Source: a virus (taxonomy: Duplodnaviria; Caudoviricetes). From it: a stretch of 34,627 bases of DNA. The stretch's first letter is position 1, and each line of letters begins with the position of its first letter. The stretch is from the IMG/VR virus record IMGVR_UViG_3300011335_000085, positions 1 to 34,627 of that record; one strand, written 5' to 3'. Position numbers and translations under genes: made by a program. Under the pieces are notes generated by a model. It saw only the letters and a list, made by a program, of their open reading frames with translations, was not told the DNA's origin and searched no databases. Below are positions 9,456-17,972 of the stretch, one piece after another.

Positions 9456-10205
9456 ATGGCTGAATATACTGGTGAAATAATTTATGAAGCTCCTCAAGCA
9501 AAGAGCAAATCAAAAGTCAATCCTGCGATGGCTTCTGCATTAGTTCAATCGGACAATGTTGTTTCTAATCCCGTTGTTAGAAATGTTGTACCTAATATAG
9601 CTTTGTCTCCACAAGATCAAAGATCATTTGCATTGTCCGAAGCTAATAGAAAAGCAGCGGCTCAAATGGAAGCGGAAAAAATAAAACCTATTCCAGAACC
9701 AATAAATTCAGCGGTTCTTCAAAATCATCAATCTATAAATAAGTTAGATGATGCACTTGATCTATTGGAAACAAATAAAGATGCCATAGGTTTAAAAGGA
9801 AATTTAGGACAAACCGTTTTAAATAAATTAGACCCTAAAGGAATTGATACAAGGGCAGCAATTGCAGACATTGGCTCAATTGTTTTACATGATCGAAGCG
9901 GTGCGTCTGTAACAGCGGCAGAATCTCCTCGACTTCTTCCATTTATACCTACTCCATCAGATACTTATGAAGCGGCAAAAAGCAAATTAATAAGAATGCG
10001 TAAATATGCCGCTGAAGAACAGGATGCTTTAAAAGCCACTTACAGTAAAGAGCAGGGCTATAAAGAATTTCCTAATTTGCCTGCAAGAGTTGGAATAAAT
10101 AAACCGCCAGTTGGTGCGCCACCAGAAGCAAAACAAGCAAAGGATGGCAAATGGTATTCGCCTGATCCAGACAGACCTGGCAAATATTTACAGTGGGGGC
10201 AATGA
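9456..10205 (+). CDS. Putative internal virion/ejection protein
   Basis: 249-aa ORF starting directly after the upstream stop; helical. Confidence 0.55.
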   Translation: MAEYTGEIIYEAPQAKSKSKVNPAMASALVQSDNVVSNPVVRNVVPNIALSPQDQRSFALSEANRKAAAQMEAEKIKPIPEPINSAVLQNHQSINKLDDALDLLETNKDAIGLKGNLGQTVLNKLDPKGIDTRAAIADIGSIVLHDRSGASVTAAESPRLLPFIPTPSDTYEAAKSKLIRMRKYAAEEQDALKATYSKEQGYKEFPNLPARVGINKPPVGAPPEAKQAKDGKWYSPDPDRPGKYLQWGQ

Positions 10206-10206
10206 T

Positions 10207-11796
10207 ATGGCTGGCAAACCTGTCGAACATAATCCTTTTGCTACGCAATCAGGCGGCATACCTGTTGAGCATGACCCATTTGCGCCTCAAAAGCGTTCAT
10301 GGATGGATGTGCCTGGCGAAGCATTAACCAATATTCCACAAAGCGCCACAAAAATGGCGACAGGTTTATATGAGGCCGTCACCAATCCAGTAAAAACAGT
10401 TACTGGTGTTATGGATGTGGCGGCGGGTGGATTACAAAATGCTTTGCCTAAATCTGTAGTGAATTTTGTCAATCAGTTTGAGACTAATCCAGAAGCGGCT
10501 CAACGTGCTATTCAAGCGGCAAATGCGGCGGGTGGCATGGTTAAAGAACGCTACGGTAGTGTAGAAGCCATAAAGAACACACTTGCCACAGACCCTGTAG
10601 GTGCGGCTGGGGACTTGTCTTTATTGTTTTCTGGCGGCGCTGGTGTGGCTAGTCGTTTGCCTGTTGTGTCTAAAGTTGCCCCTGCATTAAGAACGGCAGC
10701 AAGCATGACTGAACCTATAGGTCTTGCAGGTAAAACAGTTGGAAAAACTTATGATTTGCTTGGTACTGGAGTTAAGCAAGGTCTTGGTTTAAAAACAGGC
10801 GTAGGAACAGAGCCAATCACCCAAGCGGTGCAAGCTGGACGAGAAGGCAATCAAACATTTCTTGAAAATATGCGTGGAGATGTACCTGCAATTAATGTTT
10901 TAGAAGATGCTAAAGCCAATCTTCAAAAAATGAATTCTGATAAGCAAAAAACTTATCGTTCTGGCATGGTTGATATTAAAAATGATAAAACTGTGCTTGA
11001 CTTCACGGGAATCGACAACGCCGTAAAAGATGCCGAAAACATGGCTTATTTTAAAGGCAAAGTAAAAGATAAAACTGCAGCTTCAGTCTTGGAAGACATG
11101 AAAGCCAAAATTGCAGATTGGAAAAATTCTAATTCTGCTGAATACCATACGCCAGAAGGTATGGACAATTTAAAACAAAGTCTTTGGGAAGATTTTGGAA
11201 AATTAAATCCTACAGAAAAAACGGCTTATTCTGCTGGTAAACAAATTTATGATGCTGTAAAAAAAGAAATCAATACCCAAGCGCCTACCTATGCAAAGGT
11301 AATGAAAGAATATGAAAATGCAAGCGAATTAACTAAGGAAATTGAACGGTCTTTGTCGTTAGGCAATAAAGCATCTGCTGATACCGCAATGCGTAAACTT
11401 CAGTCTTTGATGAGAAATAATGTCAACACAAATTATGGTCAACGCCTTAATTTAGCGCAACAACTTGAGGCTTCTGGCGGTCGTGATTTGATGCCGGCAT
11501 TAGCTGGTCAGGCTATGAATGATTGGACTCCAAGGGGCATTCAACGAGCAACAGCAGGGCTTGAAGGTTTAGGTGCGTATGCAATTGGTGGGCCTGCACT
11601 TGCGGCTTTAGATGTGGCATCGTCATCACCTAGATTAATCGGTGAAACTGCATATAAATATGGTCAACTTGCAAATGCTTTAACACAAGGAAGTCAGGCA
11701 ATTTCTAAGGCAGTGCCTATGACTGCAAAACAAGCTCGATTGGCGGCTCTTTTAGGGTCACAATCTAATCCATACGCAATTGGGGGACAGCAATGA
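10207..11796 (+). CDS. Putative large DNA ejection/transfer protein
   Basis: 529 aa from ATG 10207, Ala/Gly-rich helical, C-terminal SSPRLIGE motif, precedes the tail fibre. Confidence 0.6.
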   Translation: MAGKPVEHNPFATQSGGIPVEHDPFAPQKRSWMDVPGEALTNIPQSATKMATGLYEAVTNPVKTVTGVMDVAAGGLQNALPKSVVNFVNQFETNPEAAQRAIQAANAAGGMVKERYGSVEAIKNTLATDPVGAAGDLSLLFSGGAGVASRLPVVSKVAPALRTAASMTEPIGLAGKTVGKTYDLLGTGVKQGLGLKTGVGTEPITQAVQAGREGNQTFLENMRGDVPAINVLEDAKANLQKMNSDKQKTYRSGMVDIKNDKTVLDFTGIDNAVKDAENMAYFKGKVKDKTAASVLEDMKAKIADWKNSNSAEYHTPEGMDNLKQSLWEDFGKLNPTEKTAYSAGKQIYDAVKKEINTQAPTYAKVMKEYENASELTKEIERSLSLGNKASADTAMRKLQSLMRNNVNTNYGQRLNLAQQLEASGGRDLMPALAGQAMNDWTPRGIQRATAGLEGLGAYAIGGPALAALDVASSSPRLIGETAYKYGQLANALTQGSQAISKAVPMTAKQARLAALLGSQSNPYAIGGQQ

Positions 11797-12887
11797 GTTA
11801 CAACGGCAGCGGAACATTTCAAATAAACACCACCGGACAGCCGGTAGTCACTGGCACGGTAATTTCATCAACCGCTTTTAACGCCCTGACAGCGGACTTG
11901 GCAACGGGTCTGTCCACGGCTATCACAAAGGATGGACAAACGGCTACAACGGCGCGTATCCCGTTTGCTGCGGGTATCAATTCCACATTAGTCACGGACT
12001 CCACAAACACCACTACAGGGTCAATTATTACGGCTGGTGGTGTTGGTATAGCCAAGGCGCTAAATGTCGGTACATCTGTAACCATTGGCACAACTTTGGG
12101 GGTAACCGGTGTAGCTACTTTTAGCGCACAACCAATTTTTTCAACTTTAACAGCCAGCAAGCCAGTATTTACTGACGCATCCAAAGGTTTTGTATCTACG
12201 GGAACATTAGCCCCAGATCAAGGGGGTACAGGAGTTGCTAACAATGTTGCAAGTACTCTTACAATTTCTGGCAATTTTGCAACAACATTAACAGTTGCAG
12301 GTGCATATAACTACACATTGCCAGCAGCAAGTGGAACATTAGTAAATCTTGCATCAGCTCAAACATTAACAAATAAAACATTAACAGCGCCTGTTATATC
12401 AAGTATTGTTAATACAGGCACTTTGACTCTCCCAACCAGCACAGACACTTTAGTTGGAAAAGCAACAACTGACACGCTGACAAATAAAACATTAACCAGC
12501 CCAACACTCACAACACCAAACATAGATTCAGCACAATTTGCAACTGTGTCAGGAACTGCGCCTATTTATCCTTGTCGTGCTTGGGTAAACTTCAACGGCA
12601 CTGGTACTCCAGCTATTCGTGGCAGCGGTAACGTGTCTAGTCTTACTGATAACGGCGCAGGTGATTACACAGTCAACTTTACAACTGCAATGAGTGATAT
12701 TAATTACTCTGTAAATACAACTTGCTCGTCCAATGGAACAAGTAATTTTATTACTACTACAGTATTTACAAATGCTTCAAGTGGCGCAAATGTCGCGCCA
12801 ACAACTTCGGCTGCTAGAATAAATACGGGTGTCTATGCAGTTGGAACTTTTGACCCAACCTATGTCAATGTTTCAGTTTTTAGATAA
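11793..12887 (+). CDS. Tail fibre protein
   Basis: N-terminal anchor-like MSYNGSGTF..., Thr-rich shaft with TLTNKTLT repeats, C-terminal RAWVNFNG..NVSSLTDNGAGDYTVNF domain. Confidence 0.8.
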   Translation: MSYNGSGTFQINTTGQPVVTGTVISSTAFNALTADLATGLSTAITKDGQTATTARIPFAAGINSTLVTDSTNTTTGSIITAGGVGIAKALNVGTSVTIGTTLGVTGVATFSAQPIFSTLTASKPVFTDASKGFVSTGTLAPDQGGTGVANNVASTLTISGNFATTLTVAGAYNYTLPAASGTLVNLASAQTLTNKTLTAPVISSIVNTGTLTLPTSTDTLVGKATTDTLTNKTLTSPTLTTPNIDSAQFATVSGTAPIYPCRAWVNFNGTGTPAIRGSGNVSSLTDNGAGDYTVNFTTAMSDINYSVNTTCSSNGTSNFITTTVFTNASSGANVAPTTSAARINTGVYAVGTFDPTYVNVSVFR

Positions 12888-12896
12888 AGGACAACC

Positions 12897-13085
12897 ATGA
12901 AAAGAATCATTTACCCAACAGATGACGGCGGTGTGGCTATTGTTATTCCTGCCGATGAGTGCGGTTTAACCATTGAGGAAATTGCCGTCAAGGATGTTCC
13001 TGCTGGCAAGCCATTCAAGATTGTGGATGTCGCTGACATTCCAACAGACCGCACATTTCGTAATGCTTGGGAATTTTCAGAATGA
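12897..13085 (+). CDS. Small fibre-associated protein (possible assembly chaperone)
   Basis: RBS AAAGGA; DVPAGKPFKIVD..IPTDRTFRNAW motif, which I recall downstream of phage fibres. Confidence 0.6.
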   Translation: MKRIIYPTDDGGVAIVIPADECGLTIEEIAVKDVPAGKPFKIVDVADIPTDRTFRNAWEFSE

Positions 13086-13303
13086 TTACCATCAACATCA
13101 CCAAAGCAAAGAACATTGCCCATGACAAGCGCAGAGAGGCTCGGTCTGCTGAGTTTGCACCTTTGGACATTAAGGCAACCATTCCATCTGAAGCAACAGC
13201 GGCAGAGGCGGCAAGACAACTTGTGCGTGATAAGTATGCCGCTATGCAAACAGCCATTGATGCAGCAACAACCACAGACGAAATCAAGGCGGCAATAACA
13301 TGA
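13082..13303 (+). CDS. Small fibre-associated protein
   Basis: ATGA-coupled start at 13082; KAKNIAHDKRREAR..FAPLD. Confidence 0.55.
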   Translation: MITINITKAKNIAHDKRREARSAEFAPLDIKATIPSEATAAEAARQLVRDKYAAMQTAIDAATTTDEIKAAIT

Positions 13304-13497
13304 GTGACGAGCTTGAATTAGATTTTGCGGTACATGAGGCCATTTGCGCCCAGCGGTATGAGTCCATTCAAAAGACTTTGGCTGACGGCGACAAACGCAT
13401 GACCAAAATTGAGTACCTGTTGTACGCACTGATTGTCGTTGTGCTGTTCGGGCCAGGGGTTGCTGCCGAATTCATAAAAAAGCTTCTGGGGCTGTAA
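13300..13497 (+). CDS. Small membrane protein (coiled coil plus one TM segment), lysis region
   Basis: HEAICAQRY..RMTKIEYLLYALIVVVLFG. Confidence 0.65.
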   Translation: MSDELELDFAVHEAICAQRYESIQKTLADGDKRMTKIEYLLYALIVVVLFGPGVAAEFIKKLLGL

Positions 13498-14037
13498 ATT
13501 GATCCTTTCACACTTGCCCTTGCCGCCATTGCTGCAATCAAGCAAGGTGTGGCGCTGTACAAGGATGCCAAAGCGGTCGCTAAGGATGTCACCTCCATCA
13601 CAATGGAGATTTCTGGTCACATCGGTAAATTCTTTGATGCTCATGAGCAAGTCAAAGCCGCAGCAATTGAGCAAAAGAAAAACCCGCCAAAGGGTAAGTC
13701 ATTAAAGGCACAAGCACTGGACAACATCTTTCAAGAGATGGAGCTAGAGCGCCAAGCCACTGAGTTGAGGGAATTGTTGATTTACGGCGTAGACCCTGCC
13801 CTTGGTGCGGTGTGGTCAAGGTTTCAGGATGAGTTTGAAAGATTGCAGGCTGAACAGGAAAAGGAAAGGTTAGCGCAAGAGGCCAAGGAAAGGGTAGCGT
13901 CATGGCAACGGCGAAGAATGCTAAACCAACTCCAAGACAGGGCTCTGATAATCGGGGCGGTGGCGATAGTTTTTATATACCTCCACCTGATGTTTTACGC
14001 AATCAGCCAGATGAGGATAGCGAAATGGGGTTCTTGA
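13498..14037 (+). CDS. Coiled-coil membrane protein; likely ATT start at 13498 (alternative GTG 13549)
   Basis: The frame reads (I)DPFTLALAAIAAIKQG before the annotated GTG; C-terminal TM segment. Confidence 0.55.
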   Translation: MDPFTLALAAIAAIKQGVALYKDAKAVAKDVTSITMEISGHIGKFFDAHEQVKAAAIEQKKNPPKGKSLKAQALDNIFQEMELERQATELRELLIYGVDPALGAVWSRFQDEFERLQAEQEKERLAQEAKERVASWQRRRMLNQLQDRALIIGAVAIVFIYLHLMFYAISQMRIAKWGS

Positions 14038-14204
14038 TTTCTCTAATTGCAATGGTGGCTGTGTTTGGTGTGCTTTTACCTTTGATGGCAATGTTGTACT
14101 TTGACATTTTGGAAGTTAGAGAGCAGACCAAACGCCAGCAACAAGTCATTCAAAGAATGATTAACGAAGCAAAGGACAAGCGTGATGCAAATAGACCCGA
14201 GTGA
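14025..14204 (+). CDS. Small membrane protein
   Basis: MGFLISLIAMVAVFGVLLPLMAMLYF..., 59 aa from ATG 14025. Confidence 0.5.
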   Translation: MGFLISLIAMVAVFGVLLPLMAMLYFDILEVREQTKRQQQVIQRMINEAKDKRDANRPE

Positions 14205-14448
14205 CACAACCGCCAAGCACTTTATTTATTACTTTGCATGGTTCTGGTCGGCAACCTCAGTTATCTACTTTTTTTGCGTGACGTTCATCCCGTTGCCAGA
14301 TGGTGGTCGAGACTTTGCAAACATCATCCTTGGATTCTTGCTGGGTACGGCGGTCGCAACGATCATTTCGTTCTTTTACGGGTCAAGCAAATCCAGCAAA
14401 GACAAGACCGAAGCAATGATGAAAGCAGATGATGTTAAACCTGTTTAA
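14182..14448 (+). CDS. Putative holin (two TM segments)
   Basis: Two hydrophobic segments, FFYGSS followed by a charged tail; adjacent to spanins and endolysin. Confidence 0.6.
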   Translation: MMQIDPSDTTAKHFIYYFAWFWSATSVIYFFCVTFIPLPDGGRDFANIILGFLLGTAVATIISFFYGSSKSSKDKTEAMMKADDVKPV

Positions 14449-14920
14449 CCCGTGGGTATGGATTGGCGTGTTGTTTGTAATTTTGGGGGCGGCTACGGCT
14501 GGATACTCAAAGGGTGAGAATGATGAACTCATGCGCCAGCAAGCAGAGATTGCCGCATTAAATGCCGAGGCTAGACAAAAAGAGCAGGCGCTGATTGCTG
14601 CGGTTAATGTCCAATCAAACCAACTACAGAAAGCAAATCAAAATGCAAAACTTTTACAGCAAAAGCACAATGCTGATATTGAGTCTGGCCTGCTCAAGCT
14701 GCGGGTTGCTGTCAAAGCCTCCGACTGCCCCGTACCAACCTCCGCAGATGCCAGCGTTACCAATGGAGCTGACCTCAGAACCGCTACAGCCGAACTTGAC
14801 TCAGAGACTTCTAAAGCTCTTATCGCTCTCACCAGCGAAGGAGACACCGCCATCAGAAAACTTGCAACCTGTGTCGCCCTCTACAACGAAGCCCGTGAAA
14901 CCTTAAAAGGCCAGAAATGA
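14429..14920 (+). CDS. Inner-membrane spanin (Rz-like)
   Basis: N-terminal TM, coiled coil, GLLKLRV..C motif, nested lipoprotein ORF. Confidence 0.8.
   Translation: MMLNLFNPWVWIGVLFVILGAATAGYSKGENDELMRQQAEIAALNAEARQKEQALIAAVNVQSNQLQKANQNAKLLQQKHNADIESGLLKLRVAVKASDCPVPTSADASVTNGADLRTATAELDSETSKALIALTSEGDTAIRKLATCVALYNEARETLKGQK
14643..14906 (+). CDS. Outer-membrane spanin (Rz1-like lipoprotein), embedded in the +1 frame
   Basis: Signal-like MLILSLACSSC followed by a Pro-rich mature peptide, fully inside the Rz-like gene. Confidence 0.7.
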   Translation: MQNFYSKSTMLILSLACSSCGLLSKPPTAPYQPPQMPALPMELTSEPLQPNLTQRLLKLLSLSPAKETPPSENLQPVSPSTTKPVKP

Positions 14921-15345
14921 ACCTTACGCCAAACTTTACTCTTGAGGAGTTAATCCATACAGACCACCGCCAGTTTGACAATATGCCTGATGCTGATGAA
15001 TTGGTTAATCTGTACCGGCTGGCTGATTTCTTGGAGCAGGTCAAGGTCGTGCTGGGTGGCAAACCCATAATTATCAATTCTGCATTTAGGTCAAAAGCCG
15101 TTAATGATGCCGTGGGATCGTCTGATAAGTCACAGCATAGGCGTGGGACAGCTTGCGATTTTCGAGTGCCAGGCATGACCCCTGATGAGGTTGTCAAGGC
15201 TATTATTGAATCTGACTTAGCTTACGATCAAGTGATCAGAGAGTTTGACCGTTGGACACACGTATCAATCCCCAATATTGAAAATGCTGAACCCCGCAAC
15301 ATGGCGCTGATCATTGATCGCCAAGGCACAAGGATGTTTGCTTAA
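14917..15345 (+). CDS. Endolysin, peptidase M15 family
   Basis: INSAFRS..N..VG...SQH..G.ACD...WTHVS zinc-peptidase motifs. Confidence 0.9.
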   Translation: MNLTPNFTLEELIHTDHRQFDNMPDADELVNLYRLADFLEQVKVVLGGKPIIINSAFRSKAVNDAVGSSDKSQHRRGTACDFRVPGMTPDEVVKAIIESDLAYDQVIREFDRWTHVSIPNIENAEPRNMALIIDRQGTRMFA

Positions 15346-15434
15346 TCGGCAAAAATGTAAAGCAGCAGGACAATCCCGCCAATGCCAATAAGTGCGCCGA
15401 CCGCCATGACTAGGATGGTAATAAACACTTCCAT
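15342..15434 (-). CDS. 30-aa hydrophobic peptide (not in the ORF track)
   Basis: MEVFITILVMAVGALIGIGGIVLLLYIFAD; TAATG-coupled to the upstream gene. Confidence 0.55.
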   Translation of the reverse strand: MEVFITILVMAVGALIGIGGIVLLLYIFAD

Positions 15435-15706
15435 TACGTGTTTTCCTCTTTTACCCCGCAAACTTTTTTCATGTAAGCGACATAGCATTGGTCAATCGTT
15501 TCAAAAGGTCTGCTGTCACTATCAACAAACCAATACCGCATTTCCTTACCCCATTCGCCAGTGCGTTTGTTACGGTCGGTATGCACCTCAACTTGAAGTC
15601 CGTGTTTGTCATTGCGATACAGGCGACCTGCGCCAGTATCAAAAGTAATTCCCGTTCGGTATTCAAACCGCAGTTGACAGAATTCTTCAAATGTCAGTTC
15701 AGTCAT
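15434..15706 (-). CDS. Hypothetical protein
   Basis: 90 aa, ATGA-coupled with GAGGTG RBS. Confidence 0.7.
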   Translation of the reverse strand: MTELTFEEFCQLRFEYRTGITFDTGAGRLYRNDKHGLQVEVHTDRNKRTGEWGKEMRYWFVDSDSRPFETIDQCYVAYMKKVCGVKEENT

Positions 15707-15963
15707 GCTTCACCTCTGGCTCTGATTATTTTGGCGGCATCAATAACCTTGTCCCAACCCCAATATTCTTGCTCTTGTTCACACACCTTTGCACAAGCTT
15801 CACGCTCAAGGTTAACGGCTTCAGTGAAAGCTGCTATGCCTTTTTCATAGCCATCTTGAAACGCTTTGGCGGCTACAAGTTTGGCAAATGCTTCAAATCG
15901 GTTTGGTTTTTCATCATCTAAACCAGCCTCTCTTGCCATCTCAATGATTTCATATACGTTCAT
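15703..15963 (-). CDS. Small 'EREACAKVCE' family protein, copy 2
   Basis: FAKLVAAK..EREACAKVCE..IRARGEA. Confidence 0.75.
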   Translation of the reverse strand: MNVYEIIEMAREAGLDDEKPNRFEAFAKLVAAKAFQDGYEKGIAAFTEAVNLEREACAKVCEQEQEYWGWDKVIDAAKIIRARGEA

Positions 15964-16199
15964 GCTTCACCTCTGGCTCTAATGGCGGCTGCAATGTGAT
16001 GCAATGGCGGGTCATCACTATCTTCTGCAATGCACTTCGCTTCAATGTCTTCACACACCTTTGCACAGGCTTCGCGCTCTTTAGCGGCTACAAGTTTGGC
16101 AAAGGCTTCAAGTTCTTCTGCATACATAAGCCAAATCTTATTTTCGTCAGGTGAAGCACCTGCCTGTATAGCCATGTCAATGATTTCATCTTGTTTCAT
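15960..16199 (-). CDS. Small 'EREACAKVCE' family protein, copy 1
   Basis: Paralog of 15703..15963; ATGA-coupled start at 16199. Confidence 0.75.
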   Translation of the reverse strand: MKQDEIIDMAIQAGASPDENKIWLMYAEELEAFAKLVAAKEREACAKVCEDIEAKCIAEDSDDPPLHHIAAAIRARGEA

Positions 16200-16327
16200 A
16201 TCCACCCCAATCCTTTGCAAACCGCCGCCACCAAAAAACTAAAACCCACTACATGACCATAGATAGGGTGCATATGCGGCGCAATGTAAATAGTTCCAAG
16301 CACGACAAAAAATTGTTCTGTAGTCAT
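16196..16327 (-). CDS. 43-aa membrane peptide (not in the ORF track)
   Basis: MTTEQFFVVLGTIYIAPHMHPIYGHVVGFSFLVAAVCKGLGWI; ATGA overlaps at both ends. Confidence 0.6.
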   Translation of the reverse strand: MTTEQFFVVLGTIYIAPHMHPIYGHVVGFSFLVAAVCKGLGWI

Positions 16328-16632
16328 ATTAACTCCCGCTGAACAGGCGTAAATTGCCATTCACGCTCTGCCCTGCCAGACTTTGATTTGATAGTGTGAC
16401 CAGTTAACTCCACCATGCCAAGCCTTGCCATCTCAGGTAAGCGCCTTGCCACTTGATTGCTATCCAACCCAATCAAATAAGAAATGCCGTCTTTGCCTAA
16501 TGGCCCAAACCGTTCAAGACAATGTGCAATCAATTTGAAATGCAAGTCACCAGACTTAAACTGTTTGGCTGCGGCATGACTGGTCACTGGGTCAAGTGAC
16601 CGTGCTCGATTAAAAATGCTTGTTGTATTCAT
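16324..16632 (-). CDS. Putative winged-helix DNA-binding protein
   Basis: ARSLDPVTSHAAA, then HTH-like VARRLPEMARLGMVE; RBS AAGGAG. Confidence 0.6.
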   Translation of the reverse strand: MNTTSIFNRARSLDPVTSHAAAKQFKSGDLHFKLIAHCLERFGPLGKDGISYLIGLDSNQVARRLPEMARLGMVELTGHTIKSKSGRAEREWQFTPVQRELI

Positions 16633-16652
16633 GTTGACTCCTTAAAACAAAT

Positions 16653-17108
16653 TTAAAAATTGTTATTAATTTTTTTTATTTTTGATTTTGTCATTGGACT
16701 GTTTTCACCAGTTCTACTTTTGCAATATTCAATAAACCCAGGCATATTTAAATTTTCTTTTTGACTTCCCCATTTCAAGTTTTCAGGCACATTGTTAAAA
16801 GCATTTTCATCTTTATGAATCACAACGGCTTTCGGAAATGGTGCTGGCCCATGAAATGCCTCACAAATTGCTTTATGAACTTTAATATTTCCAAAAAATT
16901 TATTCAAATAATTTTTGTACTGATGCCTTGCAGTTTTTGATGCTTTTTTTGTGTGTCCATAAGTAGGTTTAGGGTGATATTCCCTAAACCCACCATTTGG
17001 CAATTTGGCAGTTCTATCTGGCAACTTTATTCGCCCCCAAGAACTAGCCATAAGCCCGGGTTTACTTGGCACAGGTTTCCAAATTTCGGGTGCATGTAAA
17101 TATGTCAT
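16653..17108 (-). CDS. NUMOD4/HNH homing endonuclease
   Basis: EIWKPV..ASSWGRIK, VHKAICEAF.G, HKDENAFNN..ENLKW...EN; AT-rich; start uncertain. Confidence 0.8.
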   Translation of the reverse strand: MTYLHAPEIWKPVPSKPGLMASSWGRIKLPDRTAKLPNGGFREYHPKPTYGHTKKASKTARHQYKNYLNKFFGNIKVHKAICEAFHGPAPFPKAVVIHKDENAFNNVPENLKWGSQKENLNMPGFIEYCKSRTGENSPMTKSKIKKINNNF

Positions 17109-17130
17109 TAGACATGATACTACATCATTC

Positions 17131-17370
17131 CTAAAATGGAATCCTGTCATCATCATATTTACCCTCTGGCTTATTTGTCTTTTCCTCCAAGTCATAGCAA
17201 TTTGCCCATCCTGTCCAGCCACCATCTGCCAAAGGTATTGTGTCTAACTTAATTTTAAAATTTTCGCCATCTTCAAACAAACTGCCAATGGTCTGATAGC
17301 GTTTCTTTTCTACGCCCTCGCGGTTTGTGTATGTGCCGGTAACGACTACGATGTTTTTGATTTTCTTCAT
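17131..17370 (-). CDS. Small single-stranded-DNA-binding-like protein
   Basis: Beta-rich with an acidic DDDRIPF tail; follows the exonuclease. Confidence 0.6.
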   Translation of the reverse strand: MKKIKNIVVVTGTYTNREGVEKKRYQTIGSLFEDGENFKIKLDTIPLADGGWTGWANCYDLEEKTNKPEGKYDDDRIPF

Positions 17371-17972
17371 GGGAGGCTTTCAAGTTGTTGAATTTTTAGG
17401 TCTACATCACCCAAGAACTGGATGACTGAATTCTCAAGCAAATTAACCATTTCTGGGTCATAGTTAATACGCTTGATGAATAGCTGATGTTTTTCTGGCA
17501 ATCTAGGATCAAATGAAACAAAATCGCACCAAGGGCGGTCGGCACAGGCCATTTGCCACATCATCTGCGTTATGTATTTGGCTGGCACAATTTTACTTAA
17601 CAGCGTTTCAATGTGCGTGGCAGTGTTTGGGCATTTGATCTCCACCATACCCTCATTTGCCAGACCGTCAGGAGACGCACCAGACATGGCAATCCAAGGG
17701 TGATCAATAAACCCCACCTCGGTCACCAGCAAGTCCATTCTTGCCTCATATGCCGCCCGTGCGTAAGGCTCAGTCTCTGTCCCGTGAAGCATGGCTGAGT
17801 TGCTGTAAGACTCGGCAGGCTTGCCCGTCAAGCGTTCACAGACCAGTTGAGCAAGGTAGTTATCCCTGCTGGCGCTGTAACCTGTCTTGGTCTTGGCAAT
17901 GATGTCAGCTACACGGCTGGCGGTGACCTTGCCGCACCTAGCGGCAAACCATTCTTCTGTACGTTGTTCCAT
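17367..17972 (-). CDS. YqaJ / lambda-exonuclease family recombination nuclease
   Basis: QRTEEWFAARCGKVTAS, GASPDG, EIKCP, Q..WQM. Confidence 0.92.
   Translation of the reverse strand: MEQRTEEWFAARCGKVTASRVADIIAKTKTGYSASRDNYLAQLVCERLTGKPAESYSNSAMLHGTETEPYARAAYEARMDLLVTEVGFIDHPWIAMSGASPDGLANEGMVEIKCPNTATHIETLLSKIVPAKYITQMMWQMACADRPWCDFVSFDPRLPEKHQLFIKRINYDPEMVNLLENSVIQFLGDVDLKIQQLESLP

Noticed and set aside
9453-9458. Genome-wide stop-codon reassignment suggested by in-frame TAA-ATG and TAA-ATT junctions
   Set aside because: TAA, TAG and TGA all end well-defined genes, and core genes are uninterrupted under the standard code
12355-12505. TLTNKTLT repeats in the tail fibre
   Set aside because: Ordinary fibre shaft repeats
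14643-14906. Nested gene in the spanin as a novel overlap
   Set aside because: Embedded Rz/Rz1 architecture is well established
15703-16220. CRISPR array or diversity-generating retroelement repeats
   Set aside because: Only two copies, both within paralogous coding genes; no regular spacers, no adenine-specific variation and no reverse transcriptase
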